Below are positions 21,915-34,973 of a stretch of DNA of 64,000 nucleotides, piece after piece. A program made the position numbers and the translations under genes. The notes beneath the pieces were generated by a model. That model was not told where the DNA came from and did no database searches. It saw nothing but the letters and a program-made list of their open reading frames with translations. How positions within the stretch are numbered: position 1 is the stretch's first letter; the number at the start of each line of letters is the position of its first letter. The stretch is from Candidatus Hydrogenedentota bacterium (GTDB lineage Bacteria > Hydrogenedentota > Hydrogenedentia > Hydrogenedentales > SLHB01), in the NCBI GenBank assembly GCA_045863335.1, contig BTVY01000013.1, forward strand, positions 64,001 to 128,000, written 5' to 3'.

Positions 21915-22415
21915 CTACTGATTCCCCGTCGTGAATCGCCACACGACCTGGTCGAGCGGTCTTCCCGATGCGCTCTTGAAGTTCTTATGGCTCGGGCTGT
22001 TCAAGCCGACCCGGTACGACCAGTTCGGCTGCAGCCGGACGGGCAATACACAGGTTCGTTGATCCGCGGCCCAATACGGTTTCCCCGTAGTTTCCGGAAA
22101 CTCAGGGCCGCCGCCGGTCCACGAGAATCCTCCTGCCATGGGCTCGCTGAACGTCACGACCAATTGCGTCGTGTACGGGCTCACACCGGACGCGCCATTC
22201 TCCGGGTTCATGCCGATCACGCTCGGCACGCCAGGGCGCGGTTGCGGCGCCGGTGGCGGAGATGCGGGCGCCGCCGCGGGTGGCGGTTGGGGCGTAGCGG
22301 TCTGCGGTGTGGCCGCCACGTCGTCATCTGTTTTCCCGAGCAGTGAAGGCAGCAACGGGAACAGCAGCATCACGCCCACGACACACGCCGTAACGATGAT
22401 AATGTTCTTCGACAT
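21915..22415 (-). CDS. Membrane-anchored single Ig-like (Big_5/SbsA-like) domain protein
   Basis: N-terminal TM, Pro/Ala linker, then P.NGA.GV...L.VTFSEPM...FTTG domain paralogous to two domains in the adjacent M56 protein. Confidence 0.8.
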   Translation of the reverse strand: MSKNIIIVTACVVGVMLLFPLLPSLLGKTDDDVAATPQTATPQPPPAAAPASPPPAPQPRPGVPSVIGMNPENGASGVSPYTTQLVVTFSEPMAGGFSWTGGGPEFPETTGKPYWAADQRTCVLPVRLQPNWSYRVGLNSPSHKNFKSASGRPLDQVVWRFTTGNQ

Positions 22416-22472
22416 GGTTCATTCCCCCGTTTCCGGTAGCCGACGGAGCGGCGCACCGGATCGCTAAACGCG

Positions 22473-24818
22473 TTACTTCCCCGTTGAGAAGGACCACTCG
22501 ACCGGGTCCAGCGGCACGCCAGAGGCGCTCTGGAAATTGATGTGACGGCCGCTGTTCAGGCTCAGATGGTACGATGCGTCCGGTTTGAGGCTGACCGGCA
22601 GCGTGCACACCGTGTGATCATCGTTCCACTGCGGCTTGTCGGTCGTCTCGGGAAAGTGCTCGTCCAGGGTCACCCACGAGAATCCCCCGCCCATGGGTTT
22701 ATCGAACGTAACGGTCAGCTCGGTCATATTCGGCGCTACACCGGTTGCGCCGTTTTCGGGCGACATGGAAACGATGCTCGGCGGCACGAGCTTGGCGATC
22801 TCCGCCGGGTCTGCGCCTTGGGTCGCGAAGTAGATCGCGCGGGGCCGGGCCGGAATGCCGTTCTCGCCGCGGAAGTTCTGGTGGCTCTTGGAATTGATGC
22901 CGACGCGATAAACCTTCGCGGGTTCGAGCGCCACGTGAAGCACGCAGGTACGGTTATCCACCCACTCAGGTTTGCCGGCTGTTTTGGGAAACATCTCGCC
23001 GCCGCCCGTCCACGAGTAGCCGCCAGTACCCATGTCCTGGTCGAAGGACACGCGGATTTCCGTGGTCGCGGGATCGACCTCCTGTGCGCCGATGGCCGGT
23101 GACACGGAAACGATCTCCGGCGCAGAGCCCGTTGCCTGCGCGGCGGGTGCATCGGCGCCGGCTGGAGGTGTCCACGGTTTCAGGTCATCTGGGCTGAATT
23201 CGGGTGTTTTCCCGGCGTTGTTCCACCACGCTCCCCAAGCCTGCTTGTCGTCTTTGAAACTCTGCCCCGTGAGGCGCGCGAGCGATGCGCGCGCCCACAT
23301 GCGGGTATTCTGATTCCCGTGGTCTACGAGCGGCACCAGCGCCGGAACGGCGGACTCATCATCCATACGTCCCGCCGCTTCGACGGCAATCCACTTCGGC
23401 CGGCAATCGTAGTCCCGGTCGTCGCGGTGATACGTTGCCGCCTTCAAAACGCCGGGAAGCAATCGCTTATCCTTGAGTACGCCCGCGGCCGCGAGCGCTT
23501 CGCATTGATGCCGGCCGTACTCGCCGTCGAGGACGCTCACGCAATAGGCGACCTTTTCCTCACGTTGGTCTGCCGAGAGATCGTCGAAGGCGTTCTCGGG
23601 GAGCCACAGTCCTCCGCGGCTGAATTGCCGGGCCGTCCATCGGATGTATTCTTGAACCTCAGGATCGGCTTTTGCGTAATGCGCTGCGATCTCCGCGTTG
23701 ACGGCACTCTCGATGTCCTCTGGATTCTGCGCCTTCGCGCTCCAGACGCCCATCGGCAGTGCCAGCAACACCGCGATCAACGTGGCCGCCGAGCCCCAGC
23801 CCATGCGCCGCACGCGCCGTCCGTCCGTCGCGGCGCGCACCCGGTGCAGCAAGTTGTCCGAGAGTTCCAGCAGCCCCAGGAATCCCGCGCCAACGGGCGT
23901 TTCACCGGTGAAGTGTTCCGCCGCTTTAAGCAGCGATGCCGCATATGCCTTGCCCGGCTGACGGCTCGATTCCAACACCATATCATCGCACGCCATTTCA
24001 CGTTCCCTCCTTTGTTGCAGGTTCGCAAACCACACGGCGGGATGGAACCAATACACGCAACTCAACATCGCGGCGGCCACCGTCACCGGCAGATCGCCCC
24101 GCTTAATATGAGCCACTTCGTGCGCCAGAATGCCCGCCAGATCGCCTGCCGCGAACTGCTCGTTCCAGTCGCCGGGAAGCAAAATGGACGGCTTCAGAAA
24201 GCCGAATACGGCGGGCGTGTGGATCACCGGCGAGACCAGCACCGGCACCGTGCGCGAAACGCCAAGCTGTTCGGCCTGCGCGTTCACAACGGACTGAAGC
24301 GTATCCGGCGCGGGCGTGGCATGCCGCAGAACGAGCCGCGCGTACCGGCGATACTGCCAGACCATCGCCGCGGCCAATGCGAGCGCGATGGCTGCCCACG
24401 CAGTCATGCACCACGCCGCCACGCTTAACCGGGAATCCTGCGCAATCTGCGTCGTCTGCACAGCAGATCCAGACGCTGGCTCAATCGGCCGCGGGGGGCC
24501 GGTTGCCGGCGCAGGCGAATCTCCATTGTCTCGAGACGCCGGCGCCGCGGATAGGACTTCCACTGCCGGAAGGTATCTGGGGGAGACGTCAGGGACAAGG
24601 TTTCCTGCCGACCAGGGAGTCGCGAGCATCGGTGGCAGTACGAGTTTCAAGAACACCGCCACCCACAACAGATGGCGGAATCGCGCCGAACGTTTGGACG
24701 CCAAGCGCGAGACCAGCCATACGGCCCCAACGAGTACGGCGATTTGCCACGACATGTGAAGCATCCACTGCGACCAGGCGCCGGCAGCGCCGTTCAGGGT
24801 GCTTGTCCACGCGTTCAT
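22473..24818 (-). CDS. BlaR1/MecR1-type M56 peptidase fused to HEAT-like and two Ig-like domains
   Basis: TPAVFGFLKPSILLP, ILAHEVAHIKRGD, YWFHPAVW and EREMACD motifs. Confidence 0.9.
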   Translation of the reverse strand: MNAWTSTLNGAAGAWSQWMLHMSWQIAVLVGAVWLVSRLASKRSARFRHLLWVAVFLKLVLPPMLATPWSAGNLVPDVSPRYLPAVEVLSAAPASRDNGDSPAPATGPPRPIEPASGSAVQTTQIAQDSRLSVAAWCMTAWAAIALALAAAMVWQYRRYARLVLRHATPAPDTLQSVVNAQAEQLGVSRTVPVLVSPVIHTPAVFGFLKPSILLPGDWNEQFAAGDLAGILAHEVAHIKRGDLPVTVAAAMLSCVYWFHPAVWFANLQQRREREMACDDMVLESSRQPGKAYAASLLKAAEHFTGETPVGAGFLGLLELSDNLLHRVRAATDGRRVRRMGWGSAATLIAVLLALPMGVWSAKAQNPEDIESAVNAEIAAHYAKADPEVQEYIRWTARQFSRGGLWLPENAFDDLSADQREEKVAYCVSVLDGEYGRHQCEALAAAGVLKDKRLLPGVLKAATYHRDDRDYDCRPKWIAVEAAGRMDDESAVPALVPLVDHGNQNTRMWARASLARLTGQSFKDDKQAWGAWWNNAGKTPEFSPDDLKPWTPPAGADAPAAQATGSAPEIVSVSPAIGAQEVDPATTEIRVSFDQDMGTGGYSWTGGGEMFPKTAGKPEWVDNRTCVLHVALEPAKVYRVGINSKSHQNFRGENGIPARPRAIYFATQGADPAEIAKLVPPSIVSMSPENGATGVAPNMTELTVTFDKPMGGGFSWVTLDEHFPETTDKPQWNDDHTVCTLPVSLKPDASYHLSLNSGRHINFQSASGVPLDPVEWSFSTGK

Positions 24819-25222
24819 GGCTCAGACTCCTTCGCGCGCTCCCGTTCGATCCGCGCCAGTTCTGCTTTTATGGCCTGCAACTCCTCGGGCGATGCATGCT
24901 CGGCAAAGTGGGCTACGAAGGGGTTCAATGCCCCATCGAATACCCGCCGGATAAAGGACCGCGTGGCCGCGCCAGTCATCGCCTCGCGACCGAATGCGGG
25001 CCGGTACAAGTAGGAGTTTCCAATCTGGTCGTAGACCAATGCGCCCTTCTTGACGAGCCGCGCCAGCATGGTCTTGACGGTTTTGTAGGCCCAATCCTGA
25101 TCCTTGGAAACCGCTTCGTAGATGTCCCGCGCGGCCATGGGACCGTTGTCCCACATGGGTTTAAGGATCTCCCACTCAAGTTCGGAAAGCCTTGGGACTT
25201 CTGGATTTCGGGGTTTATCCAT
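24815..25222 (-). CDS. BlaI/MecI/CopY-family repressor
   Basis: LSELEWEILKPMW, WAYKTVKTMLARLVKKG and SFIRRVFDG; 4-bp overlap with the M56 gene. Confidence 0.93.
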   Translation of the reverse strand: MDKPRNPEVPRLSELEWEILKPMWDNGPMAARDIYEAVSKDQDWAYKTVKTMLARLVKKGALVYDQIGNSYLYRPAFGREAMTGAATRSFIRRVFDGALNPFVAHFAEHASPEELQAIKAELARIERERAKESEP

Positions 25223-25246
25223 TATGACGCACCTCGTTGGTCTTTT

Positions 25247-25290
25247 GCCTACTTAATTAGACTATAGCCTACAAATGTAGGCATTGTCAA
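25247..25290 (-). promoter_or_regulatory. sigma70 promoter with BlaI/CopY-type operator
   Basis: Minus strand TTGACA (25290-25285), 18 bp, TATAGT (25266-25261). Palindrome GCCTACAAATGTAGGC (25267-25282, TACAnnTGTA core) fills the spacer; degenerate copy at 25247-25262. Confidence 0.85.
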
Positions 25291-25348
25291 AAAGTTTTTT
25301 GCGGTGCTGAAACTGGGGGAGTTCGAGAAGGTGTGGGCGGGGGTTCCG

Positions 25349-25469
25349 AATAGGACAAATAGGACCCATGGGACCTATTGGACTAACGACTCGAACGATA
25401 CAAAGCTGCGAATATCCTCCCCCAACGGCCTCAGGTCCTATCGGTCCTATGCGTCCTACGTGTCCTATC
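25349..25469. repeat. Inverted array of 9-mers (4+4 units)
   Basis: AATAGGACA AATAGGACC CATGGGACC TATTGGACT ... GGTCCTATC GGTCCTATG CGTCCTACG TGTCCTATC. Confidence 0.85.
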
Positions 25470-25510
25470 CAAAATACCGGCTGGCAGCACCGCGCCTCGT
25501 TCCACCTCGC

Positions 25511-26488
25511 CTACAACCGCTGCCGCTCCAGAAAAGCCCACGCGTGGCGCGCGCCTTCGATGTCGCCGTTCTGGTTGCCGAGTTGGAGCAGGTTGAGGAG
25601 CCACGCGGGCACGCGGTAATCGATGCTGGGCATCGTGTGGCCGCCGCCTTCGACGGTGTAAAACATGACCTCCGTGCCCTCGTCGCCGCCGGTGAACAAT
25701 TCGCTGCTGATGGTACAGCCGTCGTTGGGGTCCAGGTCCGGGTACATGACTACATCGGAAGGGGCATTGTCGCAGTCGTTCTGCGTAATCCAGTAGTCGC
25801 GCGTCGCCAGGGCCGAAATGGAGGTGCCGCGTCCGCCGGGGATTGCGCCGCCTTCCCATTGCTGCAAGGGATCGGCGGTGCCGTTGCAGATGAACACCGA
25901 AACGGGTAAATCCGGATCTGCACAGATATCGACTGCGGCTTCGTTCGCGATGAACGCGGCAACCGCCGCAATGCGGTCGTCCAGCTCGCGCGCGAGCCGG
26001 TACGACATCTTGCCGCCGTTCGAGGCCCCCGTGGAATACACACGATCCGCGTCGACATTGAAGTTCGCTTGTGCCCAGTCGATCAATGCGCTGATGAAAG
26101 CGACGTCGTCCGCCCCTGTATCGATGGCAGGCGCATCGCCCCGGCAATCGCGCCAGTTCTGATTGTCGCCCCACGCTTCGCCGGTTTCCGCGTTGACGCC
26201 GTTCGGAACTACGAGAAGGAATCCTGCGTCATCGGCGATGTCCTGCCATTCTTGCGTGCCGCCGGCATTGCGATCGAAGATCGCTTCCATATCCTGCGTG
26301 CCGCCGTGGAGAAGATAAACCACGGGGCATGGAGTGGCGAGGTTCTTGGGAACGTAGTAACGAAAGTACCGCGTCGTGTCGCCAATGGAGATCGTCTGGT
26401 TTTCAAACCACTTCCCGCCGGCACCCGGGCAACCCGGGCAAAGCAACACGATTGTGGCCAAAGTCACGATTCGCAAAAGGGACTTCAT
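25511..26488 (-). CDS. Secreted alpha/beta-hydrolase (PHB depolymerase / LpqC-like esterase)
   Basis: LLHGG, LVVPNG, DDVAFI, TGASNGG nucleophile, NGTADP and GGGHTMP; RBS GGAGG. Confidence 0.85.
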   Translation of the reverse strand: MKSLLRIVTLATIVLLCPGCPGAGGKWFENQTISIGDTTRYFRYYVPKNLATPCPVVYLLHGGTQDMEAIFDRNAGGTQEWQDIADDAGFLLVVPNGVNAETGEAWGDNQNWRDCRGDAPAIDTGADDVAFISALIDWAQANFNVDADRVYSTGASNGGKMSYRLARELDDRIAAVAAFIANEAAVDICADPDLPVSVFICNGTADPLQQWEGGAIPGGRGTSISALATRDYWITQNDCDNAPSDVVMYPDLDPNDGCTISSELFTGGDEGTEVMFYTVEGGGHTMPSIDYRVPAWLLNLLQLGNQNGDIEGARHAWAFLERQRL

Positions 26489-26643
26489 CGCGTTGCGCCT
26501 CCACAATTCATGCGTGCTCACGATAAGCGCGTCGAACTCAAAGATACTAACACCGGTTCGCTCCGAGAGGTTTCATTTGACATTTGCATGCGACTCGCCG
26601 AATCTGGGATGGGAATACTAGGCGGGATCGGAAGGAGCGATAC

Positions 26644-28032
26644 ATGAACAGGCGGCAGTTTCTTATTCAGTCCGGGGCTGGAGTCTTGGGCGCGAACATG
26701 TTGGGCCGCGCCGCGCGGGCCCAGCAACCGAACCGGCCGAACATCATCTTCATAATGGCGGACGACCTGGGCTACGGCGATATCGGGTGTTACGGCCAGA
26801 AGGAAATCCAGACGCCCAACATCGATCGCCTTGCCGCGGAAGGTACGCGCTTCACGCAGTGCTACTCTGGATCGACGGTCTGCGCGCCGAGCCGGTGCTG
26901 TCTCATGACGGGGATGCACGGTGGCCACGCCCGCATCCGCGACAACATCCCCCACGAGATCTTCCTGCGCCCAGACGACCTCACGGTCGCGGAGGTCTTG
27001 AAGCAGGCCGGGTACGCGACCGGCGCCATCGGCAAGTGGAGCCTTGGCGAACCGGGTTCCTGGGGTATTGCGAACTACCAGGGCTTCGACTACTTCTATG
27101 GCCACCTGAATCAGGACCAGGCGCATTTCTACTATCCCGACTATCTGTGGGAAAACGACAAGATCAAATTGCTGTCTGGCAACCGAGGCCAGGGGCGGAA
27201 AGAATACACCCACGATCTCTTCACGGAACACGCGTTACAGTTCATCCAGCAGCACGCGGACGATCCGTTCTTCCTCTATCTCCCGTACACGATCCCCCAT
27301 TGGTCGGATTACCCGCGGGACTCGCCCGAATCGCAAATCGTGCCAAGCGATGAGCCTTATACCAACCGCGACTGGCCGCAGACGGAAAAGAACTACGCGG
27401 CCATGATCACGCGCATGGATCGGGACGTGGGCCGGATCATGGATCTCGTCAAGTCGCTCGGGCTCGATGAAAACACGCTCATCGTGTTCACCAGCGATAA
27501 CGGCCCGTGCAAGACGGACAGCCACGACCCCGAGTTCTTCAACAGCACAGGGCCCTTCCGCGGATACAAGCGCGACGTCAACGAAGGCGGCATCCGCATT
27601 CCCATGATCGCGCGATGGCCCGGAAAGATCCCGGCGGGAAAGACCAGCGAACAGGTCTGGGCCTTCTGGGATGTCATGCCGACGCTGGCGGAAGTCGCGG
27701 GTTTGCCGGCGCCGAAGGGGATCGATGGCATATCCATGCTCCCCGCCCTATTGGGCAAGGAACAGATCGAACAACATGAGTATCTCTACTGGGACTATGG
27801 GCACCAGCGCGAGGTCTACATGCAGGCGATCCGTTGGGGTGATTGGAAGGGCCTCCGCATCGGCGCGGACGCCCCCATCGAACTCTACGACGTCGTGAAG
27901 GATCCCGGCGAGCAGAACAATGTCGCCGATCAATATCCGGAGGTGGTCAAGCAAATCGAGACATACATGCGCGAAGCCTACACACCATCCGACGATTACC
28001 GGCTTGGCGAAATCTATGTGCGCAAATCCTAG
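26644..28032 (+). CDS. Tat-exported arylsulfatase
   Basis: MNRRQFL; PNIIFIMADDLGYGD, CAPSRCCLMTG, GKW, FTSDNG and EGGIRIP. Confidence 0.93.
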   Translation: MNRRQFLIQSGAGVLGANMLGRAARAQQPNRPNIIFIMADDLGYGDIGCYGQKEIQTPNIDRLAAEGTRFTQCYSGSTVCAPSRCCLMTGMHGGHARIRDNIPHEIFLRPDDLTVAEVLKQAGYATGAIGKWSLGEPGSWGIANYQGFDYFYGHLNQDQAHFYYPDYLWENDKIKLLSGNRGQGRKEYTHDLFTEHALQFIQQHADDPFFLYLPYTIPHWSDYPRDSPESQIVPSDEPYTNRDWPQTEKNYAAMITRMDRDVGRIMDLVKSLGLDENTLIVFTSDNGPCKTDSHDPEFFNSTGPFRGYKRDVNEGGIRIPMIARWPGKIPAGKTSEQVWAFWDVMPTLAEVAGLPAPKGIDGISMLPALLGKEQIEQHEYLYWDYGHQREVYMQAIRWGDWKGLRIGADAPIELYDVVKDPGEQNNVADQYPEVVKQIETYMREAYTPSDDYRLGEIYVRKS

Positions 28033-28056
28033 TACCTGACCTGGGGAGACGGGACC

Positions 28057-28239
28057 ATGGAGTTACAGAAGGCGCGCGAGAACGAATTTCCTTTGTGCCC
28101 GCATTGTGAACAAGAGTTGCGCGAAATCGTCGCGCGCCAATTCGACAAAGGCTTCTTCAAGGTCACGGACAAGTACGTCTATTTCTGTCCCCACTGCCAC
28201 AAGACCTTGGGGATCGGTCAATCCGCCTGGATGCCGTAA
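28057..28239 (+). CDS. Small zinc-finger protein (60 aa)
   Basis: CPHC-x24-CPHC; RBS GGGGAG. Confidence 0.7.
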   Translation: MELQKARENEFPLCPHCEQELREIVARQFDKGFFKVTDKYVYFCPHCHKTLGIGQSAWMP

Positions 28240-28371
28240 GGCGATGGCAAAATTGTGGAAGAGTCCCTCTATGTCGTACGCTCAAGCACGGTGGCTGATT
28301 TGCGGCTGTCGTGGCGGGGTTGCGTGTCATGACTCCTCTCGGAGTAAGGCATCGCCCTGGAGGCGAAGTCC

Positions 28372-29655
28372 ATGATTGAAATCGACTGTCCTCATTGCGG
28401 GTTTGCCCTGCGTATCAAAACCAAATACGCGGGCCGCGAGGGCAAGTGTGCGAAGTGCAATGGCCGGCTAACGGTGCCCGCCCTCGCGCCCGCTGAGCCG
28501 CCTCTCCAACGGGAACTGCCCACCCCGAAACCCCGGCACCGGGCCGAGCCTGTCGAGTCGACCGCCCTTGCCGACCTCGAAGACGCGCCTCCACCGAAAC
28601 CGGCAAGACCCGCGCCGGCCCCCGTGTCCACATCGCTAGATGACCTCGATCGCGTGGACGACGATTGGCAGGAGCCGGCCGAGATCGAGAATCTCTTGCG
28701 GGAGCCGCAAGCCCGAAAGACGAGGCATGTCTTGGGGATCGTTGTGGCGGTCGTTCTCGGCATACCGTTTCTCGTGTTTACGCTATACGCCATGGTTAAC
28801 GCCATGGGCAGCGGAGGTGGATCGACAACCGTTGAACCGGCCGCAACCGGTACGGTTGCCGCGCAGGATGCTCCCGCGCCCCAGGTGGCCTTGCGACCGC
28901 CCCAACCTCTCGGCCCCGCGCCCAGCCGCGGCACCCAGTCCAACTCGGCCTACGCAACCACGGGACTGCCGACCTATCCGGGGCTGCAGTTCGCGGCGGC
29001 GCAGAACCAGGAGAATCCCATGTTCTCCACCTTGACCGGCGTGGATCCGGCTTCCGCCCGCACGTTTCGCGCCGTCACGCCAGAGGGCTACGAGGCGGTC
29101 TCGACTGCCTTCTATCAACAATTCGAAGCCCAAGGTTGGACCATCACGAGTTCCGGCTACGGCAACCAGGCGAACAAGGAAGTGTTTATCGTGGCGCAGA
29201 AGGGCAATCAGACCCTGGCGTATTGCACGGTCGCCCATACCGGCGGCACGGCCGTGTTTATTACCATCGCGGGGACTCCGGCATCGGTTGCATCGAGCGC
29301 GCCTTCGGAAGCCCCCATGGTCGCCATACCGCTCCACGAGTTTCCGCACTACCCCGGATTGGAGTTTGCGGGCACTTCGACCTTGCCGGAGTACACCATG
29401 CCTACCGGCAGCAAACCCAACTATCAGGCTGCGTACGAAGGCGTCGTCGCCGCCACGTTCGCCGATGTTTCCGCCTTCTACAAAGATTCCCTGGAAGCCG
29501 AAGGCCGTTGGGCATCGACCAGCTTCACGGAGTCGGACGGGAAGTTCACAGCCAAGGGAGGCCGGGGCGATTTTCGCTACGTGCTGGAGGGTAAACCCGT
29601 CACCCGCGGCACCCATCTCGTGCTTGCCTTCGTCCAGCCCGGTACGCCATTCTGA
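28372..29655 (+). CDS. Zinc-ribbon / single-TM protein with duplicated extracytoplasmic domain
   Basis: CPHC...CAKC N-terminus, Pro-rich linker, one TM, two P.YPGL.F...FY...GW/RW repeats; RBS GGAGG. Confidence 0.7.
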   Translation: MIEIDCPHCGFALRIKTKYAGREGKCAKCNGRLTVPALAPAEPPLQRELPTPKPRHRAEPVESTALADLEDAPPPKPARPAPAPVSTSLDDLDRVDDDWQEPAEIENLLREPQARKTRHVLGIVVAVVLGIPFLVFTLYAMVNAMGSGGGSTTVEPAATGTVAAQDAPAPQVALRPPQPLGPAPSRGTQSNSAYATTGLPTYPGLQFAAAQNQENPMFSTLTGVDPASARTFRAVTPEGYEAVSTAFYQQFEAQGWTITSSGYGNQANKEVFIVAQKGNQTLAYCTVAHTGGTAVFITIAGTPASVASSAPSEAPMVAIPLHEFPHYPGLEFAGTSTLPEYTMPTGSKPNYQAAYEGVVAATFADVSAFYKDSLEAEGRWASTSFTESDGKFTAKGGRGDFRYVLEGKPVTRGTHLVLAFVQPGTPF

Positions 29656-29723
29656 GTGGAACCTGCGACGCACGAGTCGCCCACCAATCCGTTTGAGTAA
29701 CAGAGAAACTGGGATCGACAATT

Positions 29724-29754
29724 TCCCCCTTCGAAGGGGGACAAAGGGGGATGT
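29724..29754. repeat. REP-like palindrome TCCCCCTTCGAAGGGGGA followed by CAAAGGGGGATG
   Basis: Perfect 18-bp palindrome at 29724-29741, directly upstream of fumC. Confidence 0.6.
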
Positions 29755-29762
29755 TCTCCATC

Positions 29763-31154
<1,392 letters not shown>

Positions 31155-31199
31155 GCGCGGAGTATTGAAAGTTAGAGTTTCTAGCGGAGGCCGAATTGG

Positions 31200-31451
31200 A
31201 TGGCTACGTTTACGTTGGAATTGCCCGAGAGTGTGCTTGCCGCCCTGCGTTTAGCGCCAGCGGATTTTCCAGGGGAGCTACGACTTGCGGCGGCCGTTAC
31301 CTGGTATGAAAACGGCAAAGTCCCCCAGGAAATCGCCGCCCAAATAGCAGGGTTGAACCGCACTGATTTTCTGCTCGCACTCGCACGTATGGGGCGCGAC
31401 TCATTTCAGGTGGATACGAATGATTTGGACGAGGAACTTCCGCGTAGATAG
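31200..31451 (+). CDS. UPF0175-family putative antitoxin
   Basis: ELRLAAAVTWYENGKV...AAQIAGLNRTDFL pattern. Confidence 0.8.
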   Translation: MATFTLELPESVLAALRLAPADFPGELRLAAAVTWYENGKVPQEIAAQIAGLNRTDFLLALARMGRDSFQVDTNDLDEELPRR

Positions 31452-31464
31452 ACCAGAGTGTGAC

Positions 31465-31602
31465 GTGAAAATCGATTCCGAGATAGAGGCCGCATGGGCC
31501 GCAGAAGCTGAAACCCGCAGACAGGCGATACTCTCCGGCATAACCTTAACGGTGTCAGGTCCTGAAGTCATCGCGCGTCTTCGGGAACGTTACAAACGAT
31601 GA
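31465..31602 (+). pseudogene. C-terminal half of an addiction-module (ParD-type) antitoxin
   Basis: IDSEIEAAWAAEAETRRQAILSG...GPEVIARLRE; N-terminal half missing. Confidence 0.6.
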
Positions 31603-31700
31603 CCGTCCGCCTCACGCTAGAGGCAGTTCGAGAACTGGAACCGGCGGCTGCGTACCACGATTCCTGTTCGGCAGAAACTGGTGAGCTTTCATCTGACTGA
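31599..31700 (+). pseudogene. Truncated RelE/ParE toxin (33 codons)
   Basis: ATGA overlap; MTVRLTLEAVRELEPAAAYHDSCSAETGELSSD* resembles a ParE N-terminus, then stops. Confidence 0.55.
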
Positions 31701-31957
31701 GAGGCTGTTGCTTCACGGCAACTGGGGAATCGTTTCGAAGCGGGCGAAGGACAAACGTTCTGCGCTATGCCTACCATCCTCCCTTTTTCGGGACTTCCCA
31801 GGTGCAAAGGGGTGTTAACTTTAGGTATGATAGGCTAGAATGGCTGCAAGAACGCGGCCGCATGTGCTTGGCCAAGGCAATTCGCAACGCTGAGGAGCGT
31901 ATCCCCGAACTGGGGGACTGTGGGTCCCGTCGCTAAGGGCGGACACACGAGGTAGTT

Positions 31958-34819
<2,862 letters not shown>

Positions 34820-34973
34820 GCCAATCTGTGCGGGCCGTAAATCAGAAGGCAGATGACCAGGGAAAAATGGGAGATGTTCCTTTTTCATTTTGATTCGTGG
34901 ACTAAGCGACTCAGCGGCCAGGTAAGAAAAAGGTAACTGTCCCTGATAGAGAATTCTTAGGAGAACATTCCGA

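Noticed and set aside
22473-25222. Beta-lactam resistance locus
   Set aside because: No penicillin-binding sensor domain or beta-lactamase.
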